64,000 bases of DNA, taken from NCBI GenBank assembly GCA_900299345.1, contig OMJM01000031.1, forward strand, positions 14,788-78,787. The letters are read 5' to 3'. A program made the translations under genes and the position numbers. Positions within the stretch are counted from its first letter, which is position 1, and every line of letters starts with the position of its first letter. The notes below the pieces were generated by a model that saw only the letters and a list, made by a program, of their open reading frames with translations, had not been told where the DNA came from and did not search any database. The DNA is from a bacterium (GTDB lineage: Bacteria > Fibrobacterota > Fibrobacteria > UBA11236). Of the stretch, positions 55,744 to 64,000 are shown piece after piece.

Positions 55744-57156
55744 TTAAATGGCCACCTGAACGCGTAGCACGTAATACCAGGAGTCCTTCTGCAACATGAC
55801 ATCACCGTAGGACCTGTCAAAACGATTGGTAAACAACTGCATGATTTGCATGTGGTCACTGGATGCCTTGGCGGTGACGGAAAGTGATTTCCATAAGGAT
55901 TTAGTCGCAGTAACCGACCATCTAAAATCATCGCCGTCCACGGCGTCGCGAGCGGATAGGCCGAGGTTCGTATTCCCATCCAAATACGGAGCTGCCACGG
56001 GACCGGTGGTGCTATTCGCCACTTTGAAATCCGAATTCAGGTAGGGATTTTTCCAATATTCCCCTTCCACGCTCAACAGATCGAGCACGCCCCACGTCGG
56101 AATGTTCAATCCCAGCATGATCGGCATCCTCTCCATGGGTTTATCGTAGAATACGGGATAATTTTGCACTCCCAACATCGCCCATTCGCCGTAAAGTTTC
56201 AAGTCGACGGCATTTCCGAAAATAGGCTTGAAGTCGATGGAAAAACGGGTCATCAGCATCTGCCCCTTCAGCGAATAATAACCCAAGCCAGAGACTCCTG
56301 AGGGAAGCGCCTTGCTCGTGTCGTTCAACACCTGATACACGGAGTCGGCGATGGCGGAATCGGCGCCCGAGTAGTAACCGGGAATGGTGGTGTATTTTTT
56401 TCCGTTGGAATAGGTAAAATACGCGTTCAACGGTTCATTTTTATTGGTCTCCAGCTCCGATTGAACGGGGATCAGGCGAAACAGGTTGACTCCAGCCCCA
56501 AATTCAAGAACAGAATTGATCCGATAGCTTGTGATATACGCCAGGCTGAAATCCCCCAGCGGGAAGCTGGCGTTGGAGCTTATCAAAAAGAGGTCGTTCT
56601 TCCATTTCCCCCCTGCGGCGGTCTTGCTCAAAATACCGCCTAAAATATTGGCGTGTGCCGCGTTGACGACGTCAAACGGCGAGTTCAAAACAGTATTGGG
56701 ATAGGGAGTGGAACGGAAAAGATATTCCCCCAAATCTTTGGAATCCGGATTGTATTTGTAAGGAAGGGCGCCAAAGGTGATCTCGAGAGCCGGAGCTTTC
56801 ACATCGCCCCACTTGTAGGAACCCGAAGCCTGAACCATTGATACGGCGGGGAAAAGCTCGTTTTGAAAGGGATATGGAAACGTACCGGAATTGTGGGGAA
56901 GGGAGAAAACCGTGGCCCCCAAACCAAAAGTCAAATCGGTTCTCTCATTCAGAGTCGCGCCCCCGAAAACCCAGCCGGTGGGCCTTATCATAAACATGGG
57001 GGCAAAGGATTCCGTTGGCACAGAACTGATCGGCGAAAAAGTCTGAAACTGCTCCAAGGCGACGCCAGCACTAACAGGATGCACCACCACATCTGCGGGC
57101 GCTGGCAATACCGCAAGGGATGCCAGACCCAAAATGGTACTCAGGGCTTTTTTCAT
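55744..57156 (-). CDS. putative outer-membrane beta-barrel protein, tandem paralog 2
   Basis: Signal peptide MKKALSTILGLASLAVLPAPA; alternating amphipathic strands; C-terminus SWYYVLRVQVAI shared with the upstream paralog; ATG immediately follows the upstream TAG. Confidence 0.5.
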   Translation of the reverse strand: MKKALSTILGLASLAVLPAPADVVVHPVSAGVALEQFQTFSPISSVPTESFAPMFMIRPTGWVFGGATLNERTDLTFGLGATVFSLPHNSGTFPYPFQNELFPAVSMVQASGSYKWGDVKAPALEITFGALPYKYNPDSKDLGEYLFRSTPYPNTVLNSPFDVVNAAHANILGGILSKTAAGGKWKNDLFLISSNASFPLGDFSLAYITSYRINSVLEFGAGVNLFRLIPVQSELETNKNEPLNAYFTYSNGKKYTTIPGYYSGADSAIADSVYQVLNDTSKALPSGVSGLGYYSLKGQMLMTRFSIDFKPIFGNAVDLKLYGEWAMLGVQNYPVFYDKPMERMPIMLGLNIPTWGVLDLLSVEGEYWKNPYLNSDFKVANSTTGPVAAPYLDGNTNLGLSARDAVDGDDFRWSVTATKSLWKSLSVTAKASSDHMQIMQLFTNRFDRSYGDVMLQKDSWYYVLRVQVAI

Positions 57157-58458
57157 CTAGATGGCCACCTGCACGCGGAGCACATAGTACCAGGAACCCT
57201 TGCGAGACATCACGTCGCCATAAGACTTCGAAGGAAAGCCGCCCACATTGAATTCCATCATTTGCAAATGATCATTTGCCGCCTTGGCGGTCAACGAAAT
57301 TGTTTTGGCCAAAGAGCGGGTGGCCGAAACTGACCATCTCAAATCATCATCTTTCACAGCATCCGTCGGCTTCAAATCCAGCTGCTTGTAAGAGTTGGTA
57401 TAATCCAAGTTCGGCGTTCCAGAACCATTATTGATAATGCCCAGTGTGGAATTCAGATAGGGATTCTTCCAATATTCCATTTCCACGTTCAGCATGTCGA
57501 GCACCCCCCAGGTGGGGATGTTCAATCCAACCATCACGGGCAGCCTGTCCATCATCTTGTCGTAATAACGGGGAAAATTCTGGACGCCCAGCAGGGTTCC
57601 CTCCCCGTAGAGCTTCAGGTCTGTTCCAAGAACAGGCTTGAAGTCGAGAGAAAACCTCGCCATTATCATCTGCCCTTTCAGCGAATAATAGCCCGAGCTG
57701 TCAGGATAGCGGTTGGTATCAGCCTTCCACGTGGTGATTGACGGCTGAACGGGTATCAGACGAAAAAGATTGACTCCGGCACCCAACTCCAAAATCGGAC
57801 TGATCCGATAACTGGTCACATAAGCCAGGCTGAAATCGTACAAGGGGCTGGATTGGGTGGCGCTGGTGATCAACAGATCATTTTTCCAGCTTCCCCCAAA
57901 CATGTTTTTGCTCAACATCAAGGCCAGGATATTCGCCTGGGCCGAATTGACCAGATCGAAAGGTGAATTCAACACGGTGTTGGGATAGGGCGTGGAACGG
58001 AATAGGTATTCGCCCAGATTCTTTGCATCCGGATTGTACTTGTAGGGCATTTGCCCGAAGGTCAGCTTGAGCGCGGGCTCTTTCAAATCCCCCCACGTAT
58101 AGGAACCTGATGCCTGTACCAAGGCCACTGCCGGGAACAACTCAGTTTGGTAATTGGTGCTCCTCGGATATGAACCGCTGTCATGCGGCAGTGAAAAAGT
58201 GGTCGCTCCGATTCCCATGACGAGGGAGATTCTGTCGTTGATGGTGGCGCTTTCAAAAATCCACCCCGTGGGCCTCACCATGAGCAAGGGTTCGGCAGGA
58301 TGGGCCAAGTTCAAATAACTATTCGCATTGTAAAGCTGGAAAGCTTCCAGAGCCACTCCCGCATTCACGGGGTTTCGCACCACATCCGTCGAGGCGGCTG
58401 AAAACATGAGGAGCGGCAAACCGGAAAGGATCCACTTCATGCCAGACTTCATTTTCAC
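57157..58458 (-). CDS. putative outer-membrane beta-barrel protein, tandem paralog 1
   Basis: Signal peptide; collinear similarity to 55744..57156 (..RPTGW.F..AT.N.R..L..G.GAT.FSLPH.SG..P.. ; ..LFRSTPYPNTVLNSPFD.VN.A.ANIL..); same C-terminal SWYYVLRVQVAI. Confidence 0.5.
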   Translation of the reverse strand: MKMKSGMKWILSGLPLLMFSAASTDVVRNPVNAGVALEAFQLYNANSYLNLAHPAEPLLMVRPTGWIFESATINDRISLVMGIGATTFSLPHDSGSYPRSTNYQTELFPAVALVQASGSYTWGDLKEPALKLTFGQMPYKYNPDAKNLGEYLFRSTPYPNTVLNSPFDLVNSAQANILALMLSKNMFGGSWKNDLLITSATQSSPLYDFSLAYVTSYRISPILELGAGVNLFRLIPVQPSITTWKADTNRYPDSSGYYSLKGQMIMARFSLDFKPVLGTDLKLYGEGTLLGVQNFPRYYDKMMDRLPVMVGLNIPTWGVLDMLNVEMEYWKNPYLNSTLGIINNGSGTPNLDYTNSYKQLDLKPTDAVKDDDLRWSVSATRSLAKTISLTAKAANDHLQMMEFNVGGFPSKSYGDVMSRKGSWYYVLRVQVAI

Positions 58459-58474
58459 TCCTTATACCTTCGTT

Positions 58475-58521
58475 AAATCACGGAAAACACCATGAGAGAG
58501 AAACCTATCCTCCCTCATGGT
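58475..58521 (-). terminator. putative terminator/attenuator hairpin between the dehydrogenase gene and the barrel genes
   Basis: 12-bp stem ACCATGAGAGAG/CTCCCTCATGGT (one mismatch) with 9-nt loop, followed on the minus strand by GTTTTCC. Confidence 0.35.
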
Positions 58522-58537
58522 TCAGAAACGCCTCAAA

Positions 58538-60406
58538 TCAACGGGTAAACTTCGCCTGAAGAATTCCCTTTTCCAGATCACTGGGGACCTGTACGCTGGA
58601 TTCGTTGCCACGGTAAGACCAGACTTCCCTACCCTGCAGATTGTATAGCGTGACGCCGGAATATCCTTGAGGGATATTCACCATCGACCCGGGCATGGCG
58701 GAAACCATCAGCTTGCCTTGCTTGACGGAACGTCCTGTCTGCCAGATGCCTGTAGGCACGGGCACGACCTGCGAGCGCGGCGTGGCCAGCGGGGTCAGTT
58801 GGGCATGGGTGAGCATGAAAATGTCATGCCATTGAAAAGCACCACTGCTGCTCGACGACAACACAATGGGATACAGGTTGCCGTAAGAGTCCTCTGACCA
58901 AGTGGTGATTCCGTTGTGGTTTTGATCTCCACTGAAGGCGTAACTGGTGGGAAAATTCCCAACAAATACTGGAGCAACTCGATCGACCTTGGCTGCGAAA
59001 AAACGATTCCGCACGCCGTTTACGGCTCCATTGATATCGCTAATAATCATGTATCCATAAAACGGAGAGGAGACGTCCCCACGAATCACAGGGCTGATAT
59101 TTCCGACATTTGCAGACGAGTTCGCAGCAGAATTCGCAAGGTTATCGGTGGCTCCCGTGGCATGTCCGGTATACCACGCGGCGTTTTGAAAATTCGCGCA
59201 CGTGTAGGTTCCATTATAGGCAGTTCCTGTCACCGTACGAGTATACGGGGTGATGAAGCCCGCCGTGCCAGTGGTACCGATATTGGTGTTGGTCGATGTG
59301 TAACCTCCGCCCGCAGAGGTACTATCCAAATTGGCACCCACATGACAGGGACCTTCGATACCGGAGCTGTTGGCTCCCGCAGTTGAATTATCTCCGCCGT
59401 TATTCCAGCCATAGTTTCTGCCCGGAAGAATGTGGTTAATCTCTTCCCAACGGCTCTGTCCGGTTTCGGCGCCGTACAACTGGTTCGTTAAATAATTGAA
59501 AGACAACGAGTAGGTGTTGCGAAAACCGAAGGCATACACTTCCTTCCTGACGGCAGGATTGCTCACGTTGTACCAAGGATTATCGCTCGGGATCGTATAG
59601 ATTCCGCACGGAAGATTCGTGTTGGAAGGAGCCGTGTAGGCGGTGGCTCCACAAGCTCTCGCCGGATCCACTTGAGAAACATTGATGCGAAGGATCTTCC
59701 TGCCAGTGATGGTACTGTCCCAACTGGAAAGGTTGTATGCGTCAGTGGTGATGTACAGCATACCGTCGTTGCCGAAAACCATATTGCTGGAGCCATATCC
59801 TGTCCCATGAAAAAGGCGGATCATTTCAGTATCGCGTGCTACGCTCTTGAAATCGGCTGACATGATGTAACGATCCACGACCACAATGGCAGTGGGATTG
59901 TTGGGGCCATCGTTGTTTCCGCTGGGTGTCGTGCCCGCTCTGTATTGACTGGCAACAGGGTACTTGTTGTAAATGACATAGAAATAGTGGTTGGTTTTGA
60001 AATTCGGATCAAAACTGCCACCCAACGCTCCAAATTCCCAACCCTTCATCACCCATGTGTTGAAATCAGCCACCTGAGTGCGTGTGTACTTCTTGACAGT
60101 ACCGTAAGAGACGGTGGTGTCCACGGCAACACCCTGCGCGTTGGTGTCAGGATAAAGTGTCCACATGTAACCAAAGTACCCGACCACAAGGAAATGTTTG
60201 GGCTTTCCAGGAACTTCCCACATACCCACATAGGGCAGCTTGTCCTTCCTGAAGCTCAATCCTGCCTGGGTTGTGTCATAGATGGGGGTTACCGAAACGC
60301 CGGTGGGCAAGCTCTGTGCGGAAGACGTGGCCACGAGAATGGCGACTGCTGCGAAAAGCGACAAGGTAATGCGTTTACGAAATGCGGAGTCAAGAAAATT
60401 TTTCAT
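58538..60406 (-). CDS. secreted PQQ-dependent sugar dehydrogenase-like beta-propeller (soluble glucose/sorbosone dehydrogenase family) with T9SS-type C-terminal domain
   Basis: Start at MKNFLDS (60406) with signal peptide; GSDH-family blocks: HGTGYGSSNMVFGNDGMLYITTD, GRKILRIN, EVYAFGFRNTYSLSFN, GRNYGWN; C-terminal tail ..YSGVTLYNLQGREVWSYRG...GILQAKFTR. Confidence 0.65.
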   Translation of the reverse strand: MKNFLDSAFRKRITLSLFAAVAILVATSSAQSLPTGVSVTPIYDTTQAGLSFRKDKLPYVGMWEVPGKPKHFLVVGYFGYMWTLYPDTNAQGVAVDTTVSYGTVKKYTRTQVADFNTWVMKGWEFGALGGSFDPNFKTNHYFYVIYNKYPVASQYRAGTTPSGNNDGPNNPTAIVVVDRYIMSADFKSVARDTEMIRLFHGTGYGSSNMVFGNDGMLYITTDAYNLSSWDSTITGRKILRINVSQVDPARACGATAYTAPSNTNLPCGIYTIPSDNPWYNVSNPAVRKEVYAFGFRNTYSLSFNYLTNQLYGAETGQSRWEEINHILPGRNYGWNNGGDNSTAGANSSGIEGPCHVGANLDSTSAGGGYTSTNTNIGTTGTAGFITPYTRTVTGTAYNGTYTCANFQNAAWYTGHATGATDNLANSAANSSANVGNISPVIRGDVSSPFYGYMIISDINGAVNGVRNRFFAAKVDRVAPVFVGNFPTSYAFSGDQNHNGITTWSEDSYGNLYPIVLSSSSSGAFQWHDIFMLTHAQLTPLATPRSQVVPVPTGIWQTGRSVKQGKLMVSAMPGSMVNIPQGYSGVTLYNLQGREVWSYRGNESSVQVPSDLEKGILQAKFTR

Positions 60407-60656
60407 GCGCTCTCCTTTGAATTCTATGCAAGCCGGAAAAGAGTTTCGGCGTACAGCAATGTATTGTGGCTTTTGGTTCCCCGCTGGCAAAAAAAGACAA
60501 AGCGGGAAATCCCAAACACTAACGGGCCTTTAAAAAGATCCCGACATATTTGATTTGTTTGGGAGAATCCGAAGCACGCGTTCGATCGCGGAGGGAAAAT
60601 CGCTCGGGATAATGTCACAATGGCCGCGGATATTGGCCAAAAGTGACTTTTATCCT

Positions 60657-61766
60657 CTAGTATTTTTCCGTCAAAAATCTAGCGCGTAGTATTCCCTTTT
60701 CGACATCGACGGGAACGACGGCACGAACATCGGAACCCCGGAAAGACCACACAAGCCTGCCCCGAAGATTGTACAGCTGCAATCCGGAATACCCCTTGGG
60801 GATGTCTATCCACCGTTCACCCGACGCGTTCACCATCAACTCGCGGCCAGTCAGCTTCCGATTTCTCTCCTGATTCAAGAGCGCGACGGGCTTCCCGGTG
60901 GCTGAATCAAGAATTTGAATTTGGAAGTTGCGATAATAAATGACGGAGCCCTCGGATTGCAATCCAATGTTTCCACGGCTGTAAGCGACACGGGGTGTGG
61001 GATTGTTCGGATTGACCCGGGTCTGGAAATTCCACCCCTTCGTGCGGACAACACCGTTCAAGATGAAGGTTCCGCTGTCAGCACCGTACATATACGCCTC
61101 TCCCTGATTCCACTGGCCCAGAGGTTTTTCAGGGTTGGGGACAGTACTGTAAATGGTCCTGTTCCCCCACGGATTATCCGTCCATACGATTCCGGTAGGG
61201 CTGTATTTCCAGGCAACCGAATCCACCACCCGGGTGGTGATGTAAGGGCCCAGACTGGCGGCGGACCATAGGGTGAAAGGATCACCGCCGTCATTGCCGT
61301 CCCTTTTCATGTTGACTTCGATGGACTGAGGTCTGTTGTTGGTGGTGTTGTAGGACGAGGATAGCAACGAGGCGCTGTCGAGATTGATCAACAACCCGGC
61401 ATTCGCCGTCGCGGCAGTGCCCGTCGGCCACATGTACTGGACGCGGACGTGGTAATAGGAGTATTGACGGATCGTGCCGATGTAGCCGTTCGGCACACCG
61501 CTTCCACCGACCTTGATCGTCTTTCCAGTGTCCACCTGGAACATCGCGGTAGTTTGATTCGCAATGCGGACACGAGCAGAATCTTGGGCTATGGTAACCC
61601 GACCGTAACCCGCCTGTCCATTGGTGGTGGCTTTGGCGTAAACATAAAGACCGTTGAAATTGGTCCCGTTAAACAGGTTAGTCCATCCCGAATCCGCAGA
61701 AGTCTGAGCCAGAACAGCCTGACTCAGACCCAAACAATACAGCCCTGCCCTGAAAATCTTGCCCAT
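60657..61766 (-). CDS. secreted DUF1080 (3-keto-disaccharide hydrolase-like) protein with T9SS-type C-terminal domain
   Basis: Signal peptide MGKIFRAGLYCLGLSQAVLAQ; blocks GWTNLFNGTNFNGL, FILNGVVRTKGWNF, GNIGLQSEGSVIYYRNFQIQIL typical of DUF1080; C-terminal tail ..YSGLQLYNLRGRLVWSFRG...GILRARFLTEKY. Confidence 0.7.
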   Translation of the reverse strand: MGKIFRAGLYCLGLSQAVLAQTSADSGWTNLFNGTNFNGLYVYAKATTNGQAGYGRVTIAQDSARVRIANQTTAMFQVDTGKTIKVGGSGVPNGYIGTIRQYSYYHVRVQYMWPTGTAATANAGLLINLDSASLLSSSYNTTNNRPQSIEVNMKRDGNDGGDPFTLWSAASLGPYITTRVVDSVAWKYSPTGIVWTDNPWGNRTIYSTVPNPEKPLGQWNQGEAYMYGADSGTFILNGVVRTKGWNFQTRVNPNNPTPRVAYSRGNIGLQSEGSVIYYRNFQIQILDSATGKPVALLNQERNRKLTGRELMVNASGERWIDIPKGYSGLQLYNLRGRLVWSFRGSDVRAVVPVDVEKGILRARFLTEKY

Positions 61767-61772
61767 GTGGAT

Positions 61773-63722
61773 CTATCTCGTGGAGATCAAACGGGAATAC
61801 GTTTGGTTCCCCGCCTGAACCCTCACGACACTCATGCCAGATGAAAGTTCTGAAGGCTGGAACAGGATCTGCTCGCTTCCACGGCCCTGACGCGTGGCCC
61901 GCACTTCACCCTTGAGGTTGGTGACCCAGACCTTATAGGGCGCGTCCTGCGAAAGGATTAGATTCAAACGCACCATTCCTCCGGGAATCGCACTAAGCGT
62001 AAACGGATCCTTGCCCGCTGAAGTGCGATAATTTTCAATCGCAACTGCAGCCGAAGCCGGACCAAAGGCATTGAGTGTGTAAAAGGCTTCCGTGCCGTAA
62101 AGCGTTTCATTCGCATCGGTCTTCATGGCGTCAGTCCAACGGAAATAGTATTGCCAATGCGCCGTAAGCTGGCCGGCCGGGAAGGTCACAACCACCTTCT
62201 TGCGATCGGCCTGAACCGTCGCCGAAGTGACTTGAACAGTAGCCACGCTGCCTGTCGTGGCAGTGGACGTCGTGCTGGCCGCACCGATACGGCAGCAGCC
62301 ATAGTTTTCGGAAAGCCGATCCCACCATTTCTGGACCGCGATATTGGCAGTCACGTCGTTGCCAAGGCTGGTGGCCAAAGGCTTGGTGAATTCGAACTCG
62401 AAAGTGTTGGCGCCCGTGCTGCGCACGGCCAGCATTTCAAAAGGCGCTGCCGCGCCACTGACGCTGATGCGATCCAAGCCCACGCTGGTGTTTCGGGTCC
62501 AGCCGGCGGAGGTGGCTCCGTTCGCACCGCAGTAAAAATTGCCGTCGGGCCCGGTGACCAAGGCGAAACACGCATTCTTGCTGAATCCGCTCGGAGTCGA
62601 GGTTCCCCCGAACACGGTGTTCCGGGCGAACTGAAACACGGCACCCTGATATTCGCCGTCTGCGGTTTGCTCAACATAGGCGCGAACCATCACACCGGAT
62701 CCGGATTCTCCGTTGTCGGATTCCGCGATGAGAAGTTGACCGGCATAAACGCCGCTTTTGATTTCAACGAATTGGGCCGTCGATCGCTGCCACCCAATCG
62801 GACCCGCTCCGGAGGCGCTTGTATTCTTGAACGGGATGTTCAGCACGAAAGGCGTTGCGAGCGAAAACATGTCTTCCGGACTGGAATAGGGAAATTTGAC
62901 ATTGGTGGGATTCATTGCGCGCGATGTCGGCTGGAACATTGAAGGAGGATTCACGGGACGACCGTACCAACGCCCGGCCTTGGGGTTATACACCACACTC
63001 GAAGGCCGGTATCCCCCCTGGATTTCCGCCACCCAAGGCTGGCCGTAGACCATGGAGAAACCTCCGGGAACCCGCAGACCGCCGCTGAACACCTCGAGGG
63101 CGCCGTCGCTTCTGCGAACGCGCAGCACACCATTGTGGCGCCCGGCCGGAACAGGATCGATGGAAGTTCCCGAGCTGACGGTGGGATCGCCGAAGGCGGC
63201 ATAGAACCAGGTACCGTCGTACGGAAGCCCCATGGCATATTCTTTTGAGTTCACCGACTTGGTCCAGTCATAGGCGATGGCCCGGTACTCGTCGGCCGTG
63301 CCATCGTGATCGTTGTCGAGCAACAAGGTCACCTGATCCTTTTCCAGCACATAGATGGAATCGTTGACCACTTTCACACCCAGAGCTTCGACAAGCCCTG
63401 TGGCGAACTTGGTCACCGTGGCGGACTTGGGGTTGCTTCCCACGATTTCCTTGCTGACGATGAAAACTTCGTAAGGGTCCCGCCAGCTCGTCACCACGAG
63501 GCGGCCGTCGGACATGAAATCCATGCCGCCGATGGGGAAAGCCAGAGCCCCTCCCGTGGCTGGCCACGGGGTTCCAGCCGCTGCAGTGGTTCCGCTGCTG
63601 GGACGGATGTCTGTGACGGTATAGGAGGGATGGGCGCCTGCCACGGGCTGGCGGTCTCCGGCCCGTTGGGCGGAGGCAATGGAAATAAGAACGCAGGGGA
63701 TGAGGTATTTGATGAGTTTCAT
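61773..63722 (-). CDS. secreted beta-propeller protein ('membrane-bound dehydrogenase domain'-like) with T9SS-type C-terminal domain
   Basis: Signal peptide MKLIKYLIPCVLISIASAQ; MDFMSDGRLVVTSW and VTLLLDNDHDGTADEY blocks resembling the DxDGDG propeller family; C-terminal tail ..YKVWVTNLKGEVRATRQG....GMSVVRVQAGNQTYSRLIST. Confidence 0.5.
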   Translation of the reverse strand: MKLIKYLIPCVLISIASAQRAGDRQPVAGAHPSYTVTDIRPSSGTTAAAGTPWPATGGALAFPIGGMDFMSDGRLVVTSWRDPYEVFIVSKEIVGSNPKSATVTKFATGLVEALGVKVVNDSIYVLEKDQVTLLLDNDHDGTADEYRAIAYDWTKSVNSKEYAMGLPYDGTWFYAAFGDPTVSSGTSIDPVPAGRHNGVLRVRRSDGALEVFSGGLRVPGGFSMVYGQPWVAEIQGGYRPSSVVYNPKAGRWYGRPVNPPSMFQPTSRAMNPTNVKFPYSSPEDMFSLATPFVLNIPFKNTSASGAGPIGWQRSTAQFVEIKSGVYAGQLLIAESDNGESGSGVMVRAYVEQTADGEYQGAVFQFARNTVFGGTSTPSGFSKNACFALVTGPDGNFYCGANGATSAGWTRNTSVGLDRISVSGAAAPFEMLAVRSTGANTFEFEFTKPLATSLGNDVTANIAVQKWWDRLSENYGCCRIGAASTTSTATTGSVATVQVTSATVQADRKKVVVTFPAGQLTAHWQYYFRWTDAMKTDANETLYGTEAFYTLNAFGPASAAVAIENYRTSAGKDPFTLSAIPGGMVRLNLILSQDAPYKVWVTNLKGEVRATRQGRGSEQILFQPSELSSGMSVVRVQAGNQTYSRLISTR

Positions 63723-63732
63723 AGCATCTCCC

Positions 63733-63999
63733 TTAGAATGAACCGTTCACGACGGTTTGACCGTTGGCGGTTTGAACAAGTGCCCCACTTTGAATCGTCG
63801 CGGATCCCGAAGTGACCGACCATGCAGAAGCATTGCTGCCTCCCAGATGTTCCAGACGCACCGAATAACCAGCTGGGATTCCCGCGAAGGTGAAGGTGCG
63901 GATGAGATGATTTCCGGAAGGCTGATTGGAGAATTCCGGATTCTCAGACACGGTGATTTCGCTGTTGTTGGGAAGAATCAGACTGTATTTCAAAGTCAT
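63733..63999 (-). CDS. C-terminal fragment of a gene running off the window edge (hypothetical secreted protein)
   Basis: Open frame continues to window end; Ser/Thr/Gly/Asn-rich beta-type sequence; no family recognised. Confidence 0.35.
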   Translation of the reverse strand: MTLKYSLILPNNSEITVSENPEFSNQPSGNHLIRTFTFAGIPAGYSVRLEHLGGSNASAWSVTSGSATIQSGALVQTANGQTVVNGSF

Positions 64000-64000
64000 G

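Noticed and set aside
60407-60656. Possible tRNA-like element (GTTCGATCGCGG resembling a T-arm) in the intergenic region upstream of the GSDH-like gene
   Set aside because: Only a 4-bp stem with a 6-nt loop; no acceptor-stem pairing or anticodon arm could be built; not a tRNA.

Overview
GC-rich, densely coding, bacterial-looking 64 kb window; GC was estimated by eye (roughly high 50s percent), not computed. No rRNA, CRISPR array, transposase or integrase was found. Both strands carry many out-of-frame shadow ORFs typical of high-GC DNA. I support about 55 protein genes and three tRNAs (Cys-GCA +, Gly-CCC -, Lys-CTT +).

Housekeeping genes recognisable from hallmark motifs:
- tyrS (KMSKS), ndk (NVVHSSDS), rplU-rpmA, acpS, mutY, recA-cinA, umuD-umuC.
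- A gamma-carbonic-anhydrase-like hexapeptide protein, SanA/DUF218, a DAGK-type lipid kinase and a GatB/YqeY gene translationally coupled to a BFD-like [2Fe-2S] gene.
- A split YeeE/YedE pair with a HemJ-like gene at the left edge.

The accessory content is dominated by cell-envelope and secreted proteins.

(i) A long minus-strand gene array, 13844-31173, split by an opposite-strand tRNA-Cys sitting in a 194-nt gap:
- A TamB-like 1270-aa protein, an Omp85 (BamA/TamA-like) barrel and a PEGA protein.
- A protein with two TolB-N/LpoB-like domains, a TM/Pro-Ala-rich/TPR protein, a PD40 (TolB-like) propeller and a TPR protein.
- A peptide-type ABC importer (family-5 SBP, a small carboxypeptidase-regulatory-like lipoprotein, two permeases, fused double-NBD ATPase).

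(ii) At least nine proteins ending in a Bacteroidota-style T9SS C-terminal sorting domain (a beta-sandwich of about 80 aa). They form a putative cell-surface sugar-oxidation theme:
- Two DUF1080 (3-keto-disaccharide-hydrolase-like) proteins.
- A PQQ-type soluble glucose/sorbosone dehydrogenase-like protein.
- Three 'membrane-bound dehydrogenase domain' beta-propellers, two of them tandem paralogs with HEAT repeats.
- A Gfo/Idh/MocA oxidoreductase, and two tandem outer-membrane-barrel paralogs.

(iii) Unusual domain fusions:
- A lipoprotein with four He_PIG Ig-like repeats fused to a CxxCH cytochrome c.
- Tandem DUF2341-LamG paralogs.
- An 862-aa FGE/SUMF1-domain lipoprotein.

An SOS-type island (recA-cinA // DUF5683-like - umuDC) carries candidate CTG-N10-CAG LexA-like boxes. 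Overall the contig looks like an uncultured Gram-negative from the FCB group (Fibrobacterota-Chlorobiota-Bacteroidota), a lineage that uses T9SS; that lineage assignment is inference only.
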